Assembly (NCBI GenBank): GCA_053919585.1
Contig: CM132809.1
Reading direction: 5' to 3' (one strand)
From: Euprymna scolopes
Lineage: Eukaryota
Length of the DNA: 64,000 nucleotides
Positions 39,901-54,900 of the stretch are shown piece after piece (position 1 is the stretch's first letter; each line of letters opens with the position of its first letter). The notes beneath the pieces were generated by a model. That model was not told the origin of the DNA and searched no databases. It was given only the letters and a program-made list of their open reading frames with translations. Position numbers and translations under genes: made by a program.

Positions 39901-42900
39901 TTCTCAGGACAAGAATACTCCAATTGTTCCAAGGAATGCTCCAATTCTTCCAAGGAATATGACTTTTCCTCAGTGTTAGTACTCATATGCATCGGTAGAT
40001 TTGATTTCTCAGGACAGAAATACTCCAATTGTTCCAAGGAATATGACTTTTCCTTAGTATTACTACTCGTATGCATCGATAGATTTGATTTCTCAGGACA
40101 GGAATACTCCAATTCTTCCAAGGAATATGACTTTTCCGCAGTGTTACTACTCATATGCATCGATAGATTTGATTTCTCAGGACAGAAATACTCCAATTGT
40201 TCCAAGGAATGCTCCAATTCTTCCAAGGAATATGACTTTTCCTCAGTGTTAGTACTCATATGCATCGGTAGATTTGATTTCTCAGGACAGGAATACTCCA
40301 ATTGTTCCAAGGAATAAGACTTTTCCGCAGTGTTAGTACTCATATGCATCGGTAGATTTGATTTCTCAGGACAGGAATACTCCAATTGTTCCAAGGAATA
40401 TGACTTTTCCTCAGTGTTACTACTCATATGCATCGGTAGATTTGATTTCTCAGGACAGGAATACTCCAATTGTTCCAAGGAATATGACTTTTCCTCAGTG
40501 TTACTACTCATATGCATCGATAGATTTGATTTCTCAGGACAGGAATACTCCAATTGTTCCAAGGAATGCTCCAATTCTTCCAAGGAATATGACTTTTCCT
40601 CAGTGTTAGTACTCATATGCATCGGTAGATTTGATTTCTCAGGACAGGAATACTCCAATTGTTCCAAGGAATATGACTTTTCCGCAGTGTTAGTACTCAT
40701 ATGCATCGGTAGATTTGATTTCTCAGGACAGGAATACTCCAATTGTTCCAAGGAATATGACTTTTCCTCAGTGTTACTACTCATATGCATCGGTAGATTT
40801 GATTTCTCAGAACAGGAATACTCAAATTGTTCCAAGGAATATGACTTTTCCTCAGTGTTACTACTCATATGCATCGATAGATTTGATTTCTCAGGACAGG
40901 AATACTCCAATTGTTCCAAGGAATGCTCCAATTCTTCCAAGGAATATGACTTTTCCGCAGTGTTAGTACTCATATGCATCGGTAGATTTGATTTCTCAGG
41001 ACAGGAATACTCCAATTGTTCCAAGGAATATGACTTTTCCTCAGTGTTACTACTCATATGCATCGATAGATTTGATTTCTCAGGACAGGAATACTCCAAT
41101 TGTTCCAAGGAATATGACTTTTCCTCAGTGTTACTACTCATATGCATCGATAGATTTGATTTCTCAGGACAGGAATACTCCAATTGTTCCAAGGAATATG
41201 ACTTTTCCTCAGTGTTAGTACTCATATGCATCGATAGATTTGATTTCTCAGGACAGGAATACTCCAATTGTTCCAAGGAATATGACTTTTCCTCAGTGTT
41301 ACTACTCATATGCATCGATAGATTTGATTTCTCAGGACAGGAATACTCCAATTGTTCCAAGGAATATGACTTTTCCTCAGTGTTACTACTCATATGCATC
41401 GATAGATTTGATTTCTCAGGACAGGAATACTCCAATTGTTCCAAGGAATGCTCCAATTCTTCCAAGGAATATGACTTTTCCTCAGTGTTAGTACTCATAT
41501 GCATCGGTAGATTTGATTTCTCAGGACAGGAATACTCCAATTGTTCCAAGGAATATGACTTTTCCTCAGTGTTACTACTCATATGCATCGGTAGATTTGA
41601 TTTCTCAGGACAGGAATACTCCAATTGTTCCAAGGAATATGACTTTTCCTCAGTGTTACTACTCATAGGCATCGGTAGATTTGATTTCTCAGGACAGGAA
41701 TACTCCAATTGTTCCAAGGAATATGACTTTTCCTCAGTGTTACTACTCATAGGCATCGGTAGATTTGATTTCTCAGGACAGGAATACTCCAATTGTTCCA
41801 AGGAATATGACTTTTCCGCAGTGTTACTACTCATATGCATCGATAGATTTGATTTCTCAGGACAGGAATACTCCAATTGTTCCAAGGAATGCTCCAATTC
41901 TTCCAAGGAATATGACTTTTCCTCAGTGTTAGTACTCATATGCATCGGTAGATTTGATTTCTCAGGACAGGAATACTCCAATTGTTCCAAGGAATATGAC
42001 TTTTCCTCAGTATTACTACTCATATGCATCGATAGATTTGATTTCTCAGGACAGGAATACTCCAATTGTTCCAAGGAATGCTCCAATTCTTCCAAGGAAT
42101 ATGACTTTTCCGCAGTGTTACTACTCATATGCATCGATAGATTTGATTTCTCAGGACAGAAATACTCCAATTGTTCCAAGGAATGCTCCAATTCTTCCAA
42201 GGAATATTACTTTTCCTCAGTGTTAGTACTCATATGCATCGGTAGATTTGATTTCTCAGGACAGGAATACTCCAATTGTTCCAAGGAATATGACTTTTCC
42301 GCAGTGTTAGTACTCATATGCATCGGTAGATTTGATTTCTCAGGACAGGAATACTCCAATTGTTCCAAGGAATATGACTTTTCCTCAGTGTTACTACTCA
42401 TATGCATCGGTAGATTTCATTTCTCTGGACAGGAATACTCCAATTGTTCCAAGGAATATGACTTTTCCTCAGTGTTACTACTCATATGCATCGATAGATT
42501 TGATTTCTCAGGACAGGAATACTCCAATTGTTCCAAGGAATGCTCCAATTCTTCCAAGGAATATGACTTTTCCGCAGTGTTAGTACTCATATGCATCGGT
42601 AGATTTGATTTCTCAGGACAGGAATACTCCAATTGTTCCAAGGAATATGACTTTTCCTCAGTGTTACTACTCATATGCATCGATAGATTTGATTTCTCAG
42701 GACAGGAATACTCCAATTGTTCCAAGGAATGCTCCAATTCTTCCAAGGAATATGACTTTTCCTCAGTGTTAGTACTCATATGCATCGGTAGATTTGATTT
42801 CTCAGGACAGGAATACTCCAATTGTTCCAAGGAATATGACTTTTCCTTAGTATTACTACTCATATGCATCGATAGATTTGATTTCTCAGGACAGAAATAC

Positions 42901-45900
42901 TCCAATTGTTCCAAGGAATATGACTTTTCCTCAGTGTTACTACTCATATGCATCGATAGATTTGATTTCTCAGGACAGGAATACTCCAATTGTTCCAAGG
43001 AATATGACTTTTCCTCAGTGTTACTACTCATATGCATCGATAGATTTGATTTCTCAGGAAAGGAATACTCCAATTCTTCCAAGGAATATGACTTTTCCGC
43101 AGTGTTACTACTCATATGCATCGATAGAGTTGATTTCTCAGGACAGAAATACTCCAATTGTTCCAAGGAATGCTCCAATTCTTCCAAGGAATATGACTTT
43201 TCCTCAGTGTTAGTACTCATATGCATCGGTAGATTTGATTTCTCAGGACAGGAATACTCCAATTGTTCCAAGGAATATGACTTTTCCGCAGTGTTAGTAC
43301 TCATATGCATCGGTAGATTTGATTTCTCAGGACAGGAATACTCCAATTGTTCCAAGGAATATGACTTTTCCTCAGTGTTACTACTCATATGCATCGGTAG
43401 ATTTGATTTCTCAGGACAGGAATACTCCAATTGTTCCAAGGAATATGACTTTTCCTCAGTGTTACTACTCATATGCATCGATAGATTTTATTTCTCAGGA
43501 CAGGAATACTCCAATTGTTCCAAGGAATGCTCCAATTCTTCCAAGGAATATGACTTTTCCTCAGTGTTAGTACTCATATGCATCGGTAGATTTGATTTCT
43601 CAGGACAGGAATACTCCAATTGTTCCAAGGAATATGACTTTTCCTTAGTATTACTACTCATATGCATCGATAGATTTGATTTCTCAGGACAGGAATACTC
43701 CAATTCTTCCAAGGAATATGACTTTTCCGCAGTGTTATTACTCATATGCATCGATAGATTTGATTTCTCAGGACAGAAATACTCCAATTGTTCCAAGGAA
43801 TGCTCCAATTCTTCCAATGAATATGACTTTTCCTCAGTGTAAGTACTCATATGCATCGGTAGATTTGATTTCTCAGGACAGGAATACTCCAATTGTTCCA
43901 AGGAATATGACTTTTCCGCAGTGTTAGTACTCATATGCATCGGTAGATTTGATTTCTCAGGACAGGAATACTCCAATTGTTCCAAGGAATATGACTTTTC
44001 CGCAGTGTTAGTACTCATATGCATCGATAGATTTGATTTCTCAGGACAGAAATACTCCAATTGTTCCAAGGAATATGACTTTTCCTCAGTATTACTACTC
44101 ATATGCATCGGTAGATTTGATTTCTCAGGACAGGAATACTCCAATTGTTCCAAGGAATATGACTTTTCCTCGGTGTTACTACTCATATGCATCGATAGAT
44201 TTGATTTCTCAGGACAGGAATACTCCAATTCTTCCAAGGAATATGACTTTTCCGCAGTGTTACTACTCATATGCATCGATTGATTTGATTTCTCAGGACA
44301 GAAATACTCCAATTGTTCCAAGGAATGCTCCAATTCTTCCAAGGAATATGACTTTTCCTCAGTGTTAGTACTCATATGCATCGGTAGATTTGATTTCTCA
44401 GGACAGGAATACTCCAATTGTTCCAAGGAATATGACTTTTCCGCAGTGTTAGTACTCATATGCATCGGTAGATTTGATTTCTCAGGACAGGAATACTCCA
44501 ATTGTTCCAAGGAATATGACTTTTCCTCAGTGTTACTACTCATATGCATCGGTAGATTTGATTTCTCAGGACAGGAATACTCCAATTGTTCCAAGGAATA
44601 TGACTTTTCCTCAGTGTTACTACTCATATGCATCGATAGATTTGATTTCTCAGGACAAGAATACTCCAATTGTTCCAAGGAATGCTCCAATTCTTCCAAG
44701 GAATATGACTTTTCCTCAGTGTTAGTACTCATATGCATCGGTAGATTTGATTTCTCAGGACAGAAATACTCCAATTGTTCCAAGGAATATGACTTTTCCT
44801 TAGTATTACTACTCGTATGCATCGATAGATTTGATTTCTCAGGACAGGAATACTCCAATTCTTCCAAGGAATATGACTTTTCCGCAGTGTTACTACTCAT
44901 ATGCATCGATAGATTTGATTTCTCAGGACAGAAATACTCCAATTGTTCCAAGGAATGCTCCAATTCTTCCAAGGAATATGACTTTTCCTCAGTGTTAGTA
45001 CTCATATGCATCGGTAGATTTGATTTCTCAGGACAGGAATACTCCAATTGTTCCAAGGAATAAGACTTTTCCGCAGTGTTAGTACTCATATGCATCGGTA
45101 GATTTGATTTCTCAGGACAGGAATACTCCAATTGTTCCAAGGAATATGACTTTTCCTCAGTGTTACTACTCATATGCATCGGTAGATTTGATTTCTCAGG
45201 ACAGGAATACTCCAATTGTTCCAAGGAATATGACTTTTCCTCAGTGTTACTACTCATATGCATCGATAGATTTGATTTCTCAGGACAGGAATACTCCAAT
45301 TGTTCCAAGGAATGCTCCAATTCTTCCAAGGAATATGACTTTTCCGCAGTGTTAGTACTCATATGCATCGGTAGATTTGATTTCTAAGGACAGAAATACT
45401 CCAATTGTTCCAAGGAATATGACTTTTCCTCAGTGTTACTACTCATAGGCATCGATAGATTTGATTTCTCAGGACAGGAATACTCCAATTGTTCCAAGGA
45501 ATATGACTTTTCCTCAGTGTTACTACTCATATGCATCGGTAGATTTGATTTCTCAGGACAGGAATACTCCAATTGTTCCAAGGAATATGACTTTTCCTCA
45601 GTGTTACTACTCATATGCATCGGTAGATTTGATTTCTCAGGACAGGAATACTCCAATTGTTCCAAGGAATATGACTTTTCCTCAGTGTTACTACTCATAT
45701 GCATCGGTAGATTTGATTTCTCAGGACAGGAATACTCCAATTGTTCCAAGGAATATGACTTTTCCTCAGTGTTAGTACTCATAGGCATCGGTAGATTTGA
45801 TTTCTCAGGACAGGTATACTCCAATTGTTCCAAGGAATATGACTTTTCCTCAGTGTTACTACTCATATGCATCGGTAGATTTGATTTCTCAGGACAGGAA

Positions 45901-48900
45901 TACTCCAATTGTTCCAAGGAATATGACTTTTCCTCAGTGTTACTACTCATATGCATCGGTAGATTTGATTTCTCAGGACAGGTATACTCCAATTGTTCCA
46001 AGGAATATGACTTTTCCTCAGTGTTACTACTCATATGCATCGGTAGATTTGATTTCTCAGGACAGGAATACTCCAATTGTTCCAAGGAATATGACTTTTC
46101 CTCAGTGTTACTACTCATATGCATCGGTAGATTTGATTTCTCAGGACAGGAATACTCCAATTGTTCCAAGGAATATGACTTTTCCTCAGTGTTACTACTC
46201 ATATGCATCGGTAGATTTGATTTCTCAGGACAGGTATACTCCAATTGCTCCAAGGAATATGACTTTTCCTCAGTGTTACTACTCATATGCATCGGTAGAT
46301 TTGATTCTCAGGACAGGTATACTCCAATTGTTCCAAGGAATATGACTTTTCCTCAGTGTTACTACTCATATGCATCGGTAGATTTGATTTCTCAGGACAG
46401 GAATACTCCAATTGTTCCAAGGAATATGATTTTTCCGCAATGTTAGTACTCATATGCATCGGTAGATTTGATTTCTCAGGACAGGAATACTCCAATTGTT
46501 CCAAGGAATATGATTTTTCCGCAGTGGTACTACTCGAATGCATCGGTAGATTTGATTTCTCAGGACAGAAATACTCCAATTGTTCCAAGGAATGCTCCAA
46601 TTCTTCCAAGGAATATGACTTTTCCGCAGTGTTAGTACTCATATGCATCGGTAGATTTGATTTCTCAGGACAGGAATACTCCAATTGTTCCAAGGAATAT
46701 GACTTTTCCGCAGTGTTACTACTCATATGCATCGGTAGATTCGATTTCTCAGGACAGGAATACTCCAATTGTTCCAAGGAATATGACTTTTCCTCAGTGT
46801 TACTACTCATATGCATCGGAAGATTTGATTTCTCAGGACAGGAATACTCCAATTGTTCCAAGGAATATGACTTTTCCTCAGTGTTACTACTCATATGCAT
46901 CGGTAGATTTGATTTCTCAGGACAGAAATACTCCAATAGTTCCAAGGAATGCTCCAATTCTTCCAAGGAATATGACTTTTCCGCAGTGTTAGTACTCATA
47001 TGCATCGGTAGATTTGATTTCTCAGGACAGGAATACTCTAATTGTCCCAAGGAATATGACTTTTCCTCAGTGTTACTACTCATATGCATCGGTAGATTTG
47101 ATTTCTCAGGACAGGAATACTCCAATTGTTCCAAGGAATATGACTTTTCCTCAGTGTTACTACTCATATGCATCGGTAGATTTGATTTCTCAGGACAGGA
47201 ATACTCCAATTGTTCCAAGGAATATGACTTTTCCTCAGTGTTACTACTCATAGGCATCGGTAGATTTGATTTCTCAGGACAGGAATACTCCAATGTTTCC
47301 AAGGAATGCTCCAATTCTTCCAAGGAATATGACTTTTCCTCAGTGTTAGTACTCATATGCATCGGTAGATTTGATTTCTCAGGACAGGAATACTCTAATT
47401 GTTCCAAGGAATATGACTTTTCCTCAGTGTTACTACTCATATGCATCGGTAGATTTGATTTCTCAGGACAGGAATACTCTAATTGTCCCAAGGAATATGA
47501 CTTTTCCTCAGTGTTACTACTCATATGCATCGGTAGATTTGATTTCCCAGGACAGGAATACTCCAATTGTTCCAAGGAATATGACTTTTCCTCAGTGTTA
47601 CTACTCATAGGCATCGGTAGATTTGATTTCTCAGGAAAGAAATACTCCAATTGTTCCAAGGAATATGACTTTTCCTCAGTGTTAGTACTCATATGCATCG
47701 GTAGATTTGATTTCTCAGGAAAGGAATACTCCAATTGTTCCAAGGAATATGACTTTTCCTCAGTATTACTACTCATATGCATCGGTAGATTTGATTTCTC
47801 AGGACAGGAATACTCCAATTGTTCCAAGGAATATTACTTTTCCGCAGTGTTACTACTCATATGCATCGATAGATTTGATTTCTCAGGACAGAAATACTCC
47901 AATTGTTCCAAGGAATGCTCCAATTCTTCCAAGGAATATGACTTTTCCTCAGTGTTAGTACTCATATGCATCGGTAGATTTGATTTCTCAGGACAGGAAT
48001 ACTCCTATTGTTCCAAGGAATATGACTTTTCCGCAGTGTTAGTACTCATATGCATCGGAAGATTTGATTTCTCAGGACAGGAATACTCCAATTGTTCCAA
48101 GGAATATGACTTTTCCTCAGTGTTACTACTCATATGCATCGGTAGATTTGATTTCTCAGGACAGGAATACTCCAATTGTTCCAAGGAATATGACTTTTCC
48201 TCAGTGTTACTACTCATATGCATCGATAGATTTGATTTCTCAGGACAGGAATACTCCAATTGTTCCAAGGAATGCTCCAATTCTTCCAAGGAATATGACT
48301 TTTCCGCAGTGTTTGTACTCATATGCATCGGTAGATTTGATTTCTCAGGACAGGAATACTCCAATTGTTCCAAGGAATATGACTTTTCCTCAGTGTTACT
48401 ACTCATATGCATCGATAGATTTGATTTCTCAGGACAGGAATACTCCAATTGTTCCAAGGAATATGACTTTTCCTCAGTGTTACTACTCATATGCATCGAT
48501 AGATTTGATTTCTCAGGACAGGAATACTCCAATTGTTCCAAGGAATATGACTTTTCCTCAGTGTTACTACTCTTATGCATCGATAGATTTGATTTCTAAG
48601 GACAGGAATACTCCAATTGTTCCAAGGAATATGACTTTTCCTCAGTGTTACTACTCATATGCATCGATAGATTTGATTTCTCAGGACAGGAATACTCCAA
48701 TTGTTCCAAGGAATATGACTTTTCCTCAGTGTTACTACTCATATGCATCGATAGATTTGATTTCTCAGGACAGAAATACTCCAATTGTTCCAAGGAATAT
48801 GACTTTTCCTCAGTGTTACTACTCATATGCATCGATAGATTTGATTTCTCAGGACAGGAATACTCCAATTGTTCCAAAGAATGCTTCAATTCTTCCAAGG

Positions 48901-51900
48901 AATATGACTTTTCCGCAGTGTTAGTACTCATATGCATCGGTAGATTTGATTTCTCAGGACAGAAATACTCCAATTGTTCCAAGGAATATGACTTTTCCTC
49001 AGTGTTACTACTCATATGCATCGATAGATTTGATTTCTCAGGACAGGAATACTCCAATTGTTCCAAGGAATGCTCCAATTCTTCCAAGGAATATGACTTT
49101 TCCGCAGTGTTAGTACTCATATGCATCGATAGATTTGATTTCTCAGGACAGAAATACTCCAATTGTTCCAAGGAATATGACTTTTCCTCAGTGTTACTAC
49201 TCATATGCATCGATAGATTTGATTTCTCAGGACAGGAATACTCCAATTGTTCCAAGGAATGCTCAAATTCTTCCAAGGAATATGACTTTTCCGCAGTGTT
49301 AGTACTCATATGCATCGGTAGATTTGATTTCTCAGGACAGAAATACTCCAATTGTTCCAAGGAATATGACTTTTCCTCAGTGTTACTACTCATATGCATC
49401 GATAGATTTGATTTCTCAGGACAGGAATACTCCAATTGTTCCAAGGAATGCTCCAATTCTTCCAAGGAATATGACTTTTCCGCAGTGTTAGTACTCATAT
49501 GCATCGATAGATTTGATTTCTCAGGACAGAAATACTCCAATTGTTCCAAGGAATATGACTTTTCCTCAGTGTTACTACTCATATGCATCGATAGATTTGA
49601 TTTCTCAGGACAGGAATACTCCAATTGTTCCAAGGAATGCTCCAATTCTTCCAAGGAATATGACTTTTCCGCAGTGTTAGTACTCATATGCATCGGTAGA
49701 TTTTATTTCTCAGGACAGGAATACTCCAATTGTTCCAAGGAATATGACTTTTCCTCAGTGTTACTACTCATATGCATCGATAGATTTGATATCTCAGGAC
49801 AGAAATACTCCAATTGTTCCAAGGAATATGACTTTTCCTCAGTGTTACTACTCATATGCATCGATAGATTTGATTTCTCAGGACAGGAATACTCCAATTG
49901 TTCCAAGGAATGCTCCAATTCTTCCAAGGAATATGACTTTTCCGCAGTGTTAGTACTCATATGCATCGGTAGATTTGATTTCTCAGGACAGGAATACTCC
50001 AATTGTTCCAAGGAATATGACTTTTCCTCAGTGTTACTACTCATATGCATCGATAGATTTGATTTCTCAGGACAGGAATACTCTAATTGTCCCAAGGAAT
50101 ATGACTTTTCCGCAGTGTTACTACTCATATGCATCGGTAGATTTGATTTCTCAGGACAGGAATACTCCAATTGTTCCAAGGAATATGACTTTTCCTCAGT
50201 GTTACTACTCATATGCATCGGTAGATTTGATTTCTCAGGAAAGAAATACTCCAATTGTTCCAAGGAATATGACTTTTCCTCAGTGTTACTACTCATATGC
50301 ATCGGTAGATTTTATTTCTCAGGACAGGAATACTCCAATTGTTCCAAGGAATATGACTTTTCCTCAGTGTTACTACTCATATGCATCGATAGATTTGATT
50401 TCTCAGGACAGGAATACTCCAATTGTTCCAAGGAATATGACTTTTCCTCAGTGTTACTACTCATATGCATCGATAGATTTGATTTCTCAGGACAGGAATA
50501 CTCTAATTGTCCCAAGGAATATGACTTTTCCGCAGTGTTACTACTCATATGCATCGATAGATTTGATTTCTCAGGACAGGAATACTCCAATTGTTCCAAG
50601 GAATATGACTTTTCCTCAGTGTTACTACTCATATGCATCGATAGATTTGATTTCTCAGGACAGGAATACTCCAATTGTTCCAAGGAATATGACTTTTCCT
50701 CAGTGTTACTACTCATATGCATCGATAGATTTGATTTCTCAGGACAGAAATACTCCAATTGTTCCAAGGAATGCTCCAATTCTTCCAAGGAATATGACTT
50801 TTCCTCAGTGTTAGTACTCATATGCATCGGTAGATTTGATTTCTCAGGACAGGAATACTCCAATTGTTCCAAGGAATATGACTTTTCCGCAGTGTTAGTA
50901 CTCATATGCATCGGTAGATTTGATTTCTCAGGACAGGAATACTCCAATTGTTCCAAGGAATATGACTTTTCCTCAGTGTTACTACTCATATGCATCGATA
51001 GATTTGATTTCTCAGGACAGGAATACTCCAATTGTTCCAAGGAATGCTTCAATTCTTCCAAGGAATATGACTTTTCCGCAGTGTTAGTACTCATATGCAT
51101 CGGTAGATTTGATTTCTCAGGACAGGAATACTCCAATTGTTCCAAGGAATATGACTTTTCCTCAGTGTTACTACTCATATGCATCGGTAGATTTGATTTC
51201 TCAGGACAGGAATACTCCAATTGTTCCAAGGAATATGACTTTTCCTCAGTGTTACTACTCATATGCATCGATAGATTTGATTTCTCAGGACAGGAATACT
51301 CCAATTGTTCCAAGGAATGCTCCAATTCTTCCAAGGAATATGACTTTTCCGCAGTGTTAGTACTCATATGCATCGGTAGATTTGATTTCTCAGGACAGAA
51401 ATACTCCAATTGTTCCAAGGAATGCTCCAATTCTTCCAAGGAATATGACTTTTCCGCAGTGTTAGTACTCATATGCATCGGTAGATTTGATTTCTCAGGA
51501 CAGAAATACTCCAATTGTTCCAAGGAATATGACTTTTCCTCAGTGTTACTACTCATATGCATCGATAGATTTGATTTCTCAGGACAGGAATACTCCAATT
51601 GTTCCAAGGAATATGACTTTTCCTCAGTGTTACTACTCATATGCATCGATAGATTTGATTTCTCAGGACAGGAATACTCCAATTGTTCCAAGGAATATGA
51701 CTTTTCCTCAGTGTTAGTACTCATATGCATCGATAGATTTTATTTCTCAGGACAGGAATACTCCAATTGTTCCAAGGAATATGACTTTTCCTCAGTGTTT
51801 CTACTCATATGCATCGATAGATTTGATTTCTCAGGACAGGAATACTCCAATTGTTCCAAGGAATGCTCCAATTCTTCCAAGGAATATGACTTTTCCTCAG

Positions 51901-54900
51901 TGTTAGTACTCATATGCATCGGTAGATTTGATTTCTCAGGACAGGAATACTCCAATTGTTCCAAGGAATATGACTTTTCCGCAGTGTTAGTACTCATATG
52001 CATCGGTAGATTTGATTTCTCAGGACAGGAATACTCCAATTGTTCCAAGGAATATGACTTTTCCTCAGTGTTACTACTCATATGCATCGGTAGATTTGAT
52101 TTCTCAGGACAGGAATACTCCAATTGTTCCAAGGAATATGACTTTTCCTCAGTGTTACTACTCATATGCATCGATAGATTTGATTTCTCAGGACAGGAAT
52201 ACTCCAATTGTTCCAAGGAATGCTCCAATTCTTCCAAGGAATATGACTTTTCCGCAGTGTTAGTACTCATATGCATCGGTAGATTTGATTTCTCAGGACA
52301 GGAATACTCCAATTGTTCCAAGGAATATGACTTTTCCTCAGTGTTAGTACTCATATGCATCGATAGATTTGATTTCTCAGGACAGGAATACTCCAATTGT
52401 TCCAAGGAATATGACTTTTCCGCAGTGTTACTACTCATATGCATCGATAGATTTGATTACTCAGGACAGGAATACTCACATTGTTCCAAGGAATGCTCCA
52501 ATTCTTCCAAGAAATATGACTTTTCCTCAGTGTTAGTACTCATATGCATCGGTAGATTTGATTTCTCAGGACAGGAATACTCCAATTGTTCCAAGGAATA
52601 TGACTTTTCCTCAGTATTACTACTCATATGCATCGATAGATTTGATTTCTCAGGACAGGAATACTCCAATTGTTCCAAGGAATGCTCCAATTCTTCCAAG
52701 GAATATGACTTTTCTGCAGTGTTACTACTCATATGCATCGATAGATTTGATTTCTCAGGACAGAAATACTCCAATTGTTCCAAGGAATGCTCCAATTCTT
52801 CCAAGGAATATGACTTTTCCTCAGTGTTAGTACTCATATGCATCGGTAGATTTGATTTCTCAGGACAGGAATACTCCAATTGTTCCAAGGAATATGACTT
52901 TTCCGCAGTGTTAGTACTCATATGCATCGGTAGATTTGATTTCTCAGGACAGGAATACTCCAATTGTTCCAAGGAATATGACTTTTCCTCAGTGTTACTA
53001 CTCATATGCATCGGTAGATTTGATTTCTCAGGACAGGAATACTCCAATTGTTCCAAGGAATATGACTTTTCCTCAGTGTTACTACTCATATGCATCGAAA
53101 GATTTGATTTCTCAGGACAGGAATACTCCAATTGTTCCAAGGAATGCTCCAATTCTTCCAAGGAATATGACTTTTCCGCAGTGTTAGTACTCATATGCAT
53201 CGGTAGATTTGATTTCTCAGGACAGGAATACTCCAATTGTTCCAAGGAATATGACTTTTCCTCAGTGTTACTACTCATATGCATCGATAGATTTGATTTC
53301 TCAGGACAGGAATACTCCAATTGTTCCAAGGAATGCTCCAATTCTTCCAAGGAATATGACTTTTCCTCAGTGTTAGTACTCATATGCATCGGTAGATTTG
53401 ATTTCTCAGGACAGGAATACTCCAATTGTTCCAAGGAATATGACTTTTCCTTAGTATTACTACTCATATGCATCGATAGATTTGATTTCTCAGGACAGAA
53501 ATACTCCAATTGTTCCAAGGAATATGACTTTTCCTCAGTGTTACTACTCATATGCATCGATAGATTTGATTTCTCAGGACAGGAATACTCCAATTGTTCC
53601 AAGGAATATGACTTTTCCTCAGTGTTACTACTCATATGCATCGATAGATTTGATTTCTCAGGACAGGAATACTCCAATTCTTCCAAGGAATATGACTTTT
53701 CCGCAGTGTTACTACTCATATGCATCGATAGATTTGATTTCTCAGGACAGAAATACTCCAATTGTTCCAAGGAAGGCTCCAATTCTTCCAAGGAATATGA
53801 CTTTTCCTCAGTGTTAGTACTCATATGCATGGGTAGATTTGATTTCTCAGGACAGGAATACTCCAATTGTTCCAAGGAATATGACTTTTCCGCAGTGTTA
53901 GTACTCATATGCATCGGTAGATTTGTATTTCTCAGGACAGGAATACTCCAATTGTTCCAAGGAATATGACTTTTCCTCAGTGTTACTACTCATATGCATC
54001 GGTAGATTTGATTTCTCAGGACAGGAATACTCCAATTGTTCCAAGGAATATGACTTTTCCTCAGTGTTACTACTCATATGCATCGATAGATTTGATTTCT
54101 CAGGACAGGAATACTCCAATTGTTCCAAGGAATGCTCCAATTCTTCCAAGGAATATGACTTTTCCTCAGTGTTAGTACTCATATGCATCGGTAGATTTGA
54201 TTTCTCAGGACAGGAATACTCCAATTGTTCCAAGGAATATGACTTTTCCTTAGTATTACTACTCATATGCATCGATAGATTTGATTTCTCAGGACAGGAA
54301 TACTCCAATTCTTCCAAGGAATATGACTTTTCCGCAGTGTTACTACTCATATGCATCGATAGATTTGATTTCTCAGGACAGAAATACTCCAATTGTTCCA
54401 AGGAATGCTCCAATTCTTCCAAGGAATATGACTTTTCCTCAGTGTTAGTACTCATATGCATCGGTAGATTTGATTTCTCAGGACAGGAATACTCCAATTG
54501 TTCCAAGGAATATGACTTTTCCGCAGTGTTAGTACTCATATGCATCAGTAGATTTGATTTCTCAGGACAGGAATACTCCAATTGTTCCAAGGAATATGAC
54601 TTTTCCGCAGTGTTAGTACTCATATGCATCGATAGATTTGATTTCTCAGGACAGAAATACTCCAATTGTTCCAAGGAATATGACTTTTCCTCAGTATTAC
54701 TACTCATATGCATCGGTAGATTTGATTTCTCAGGACAGGAATACTCCAATTGTTCCAAGGAATATGACTTTTCCTCAGTGTTACTACTCATATGCATCGA
54801 TAGATTTGATTTCTCAGGACAGGAATACTCGAATTCTTCCAAGGAATATGACTTTTCCGCAGTGTTACTACTCATATGCATCGATAGATTTGATTTCTTA

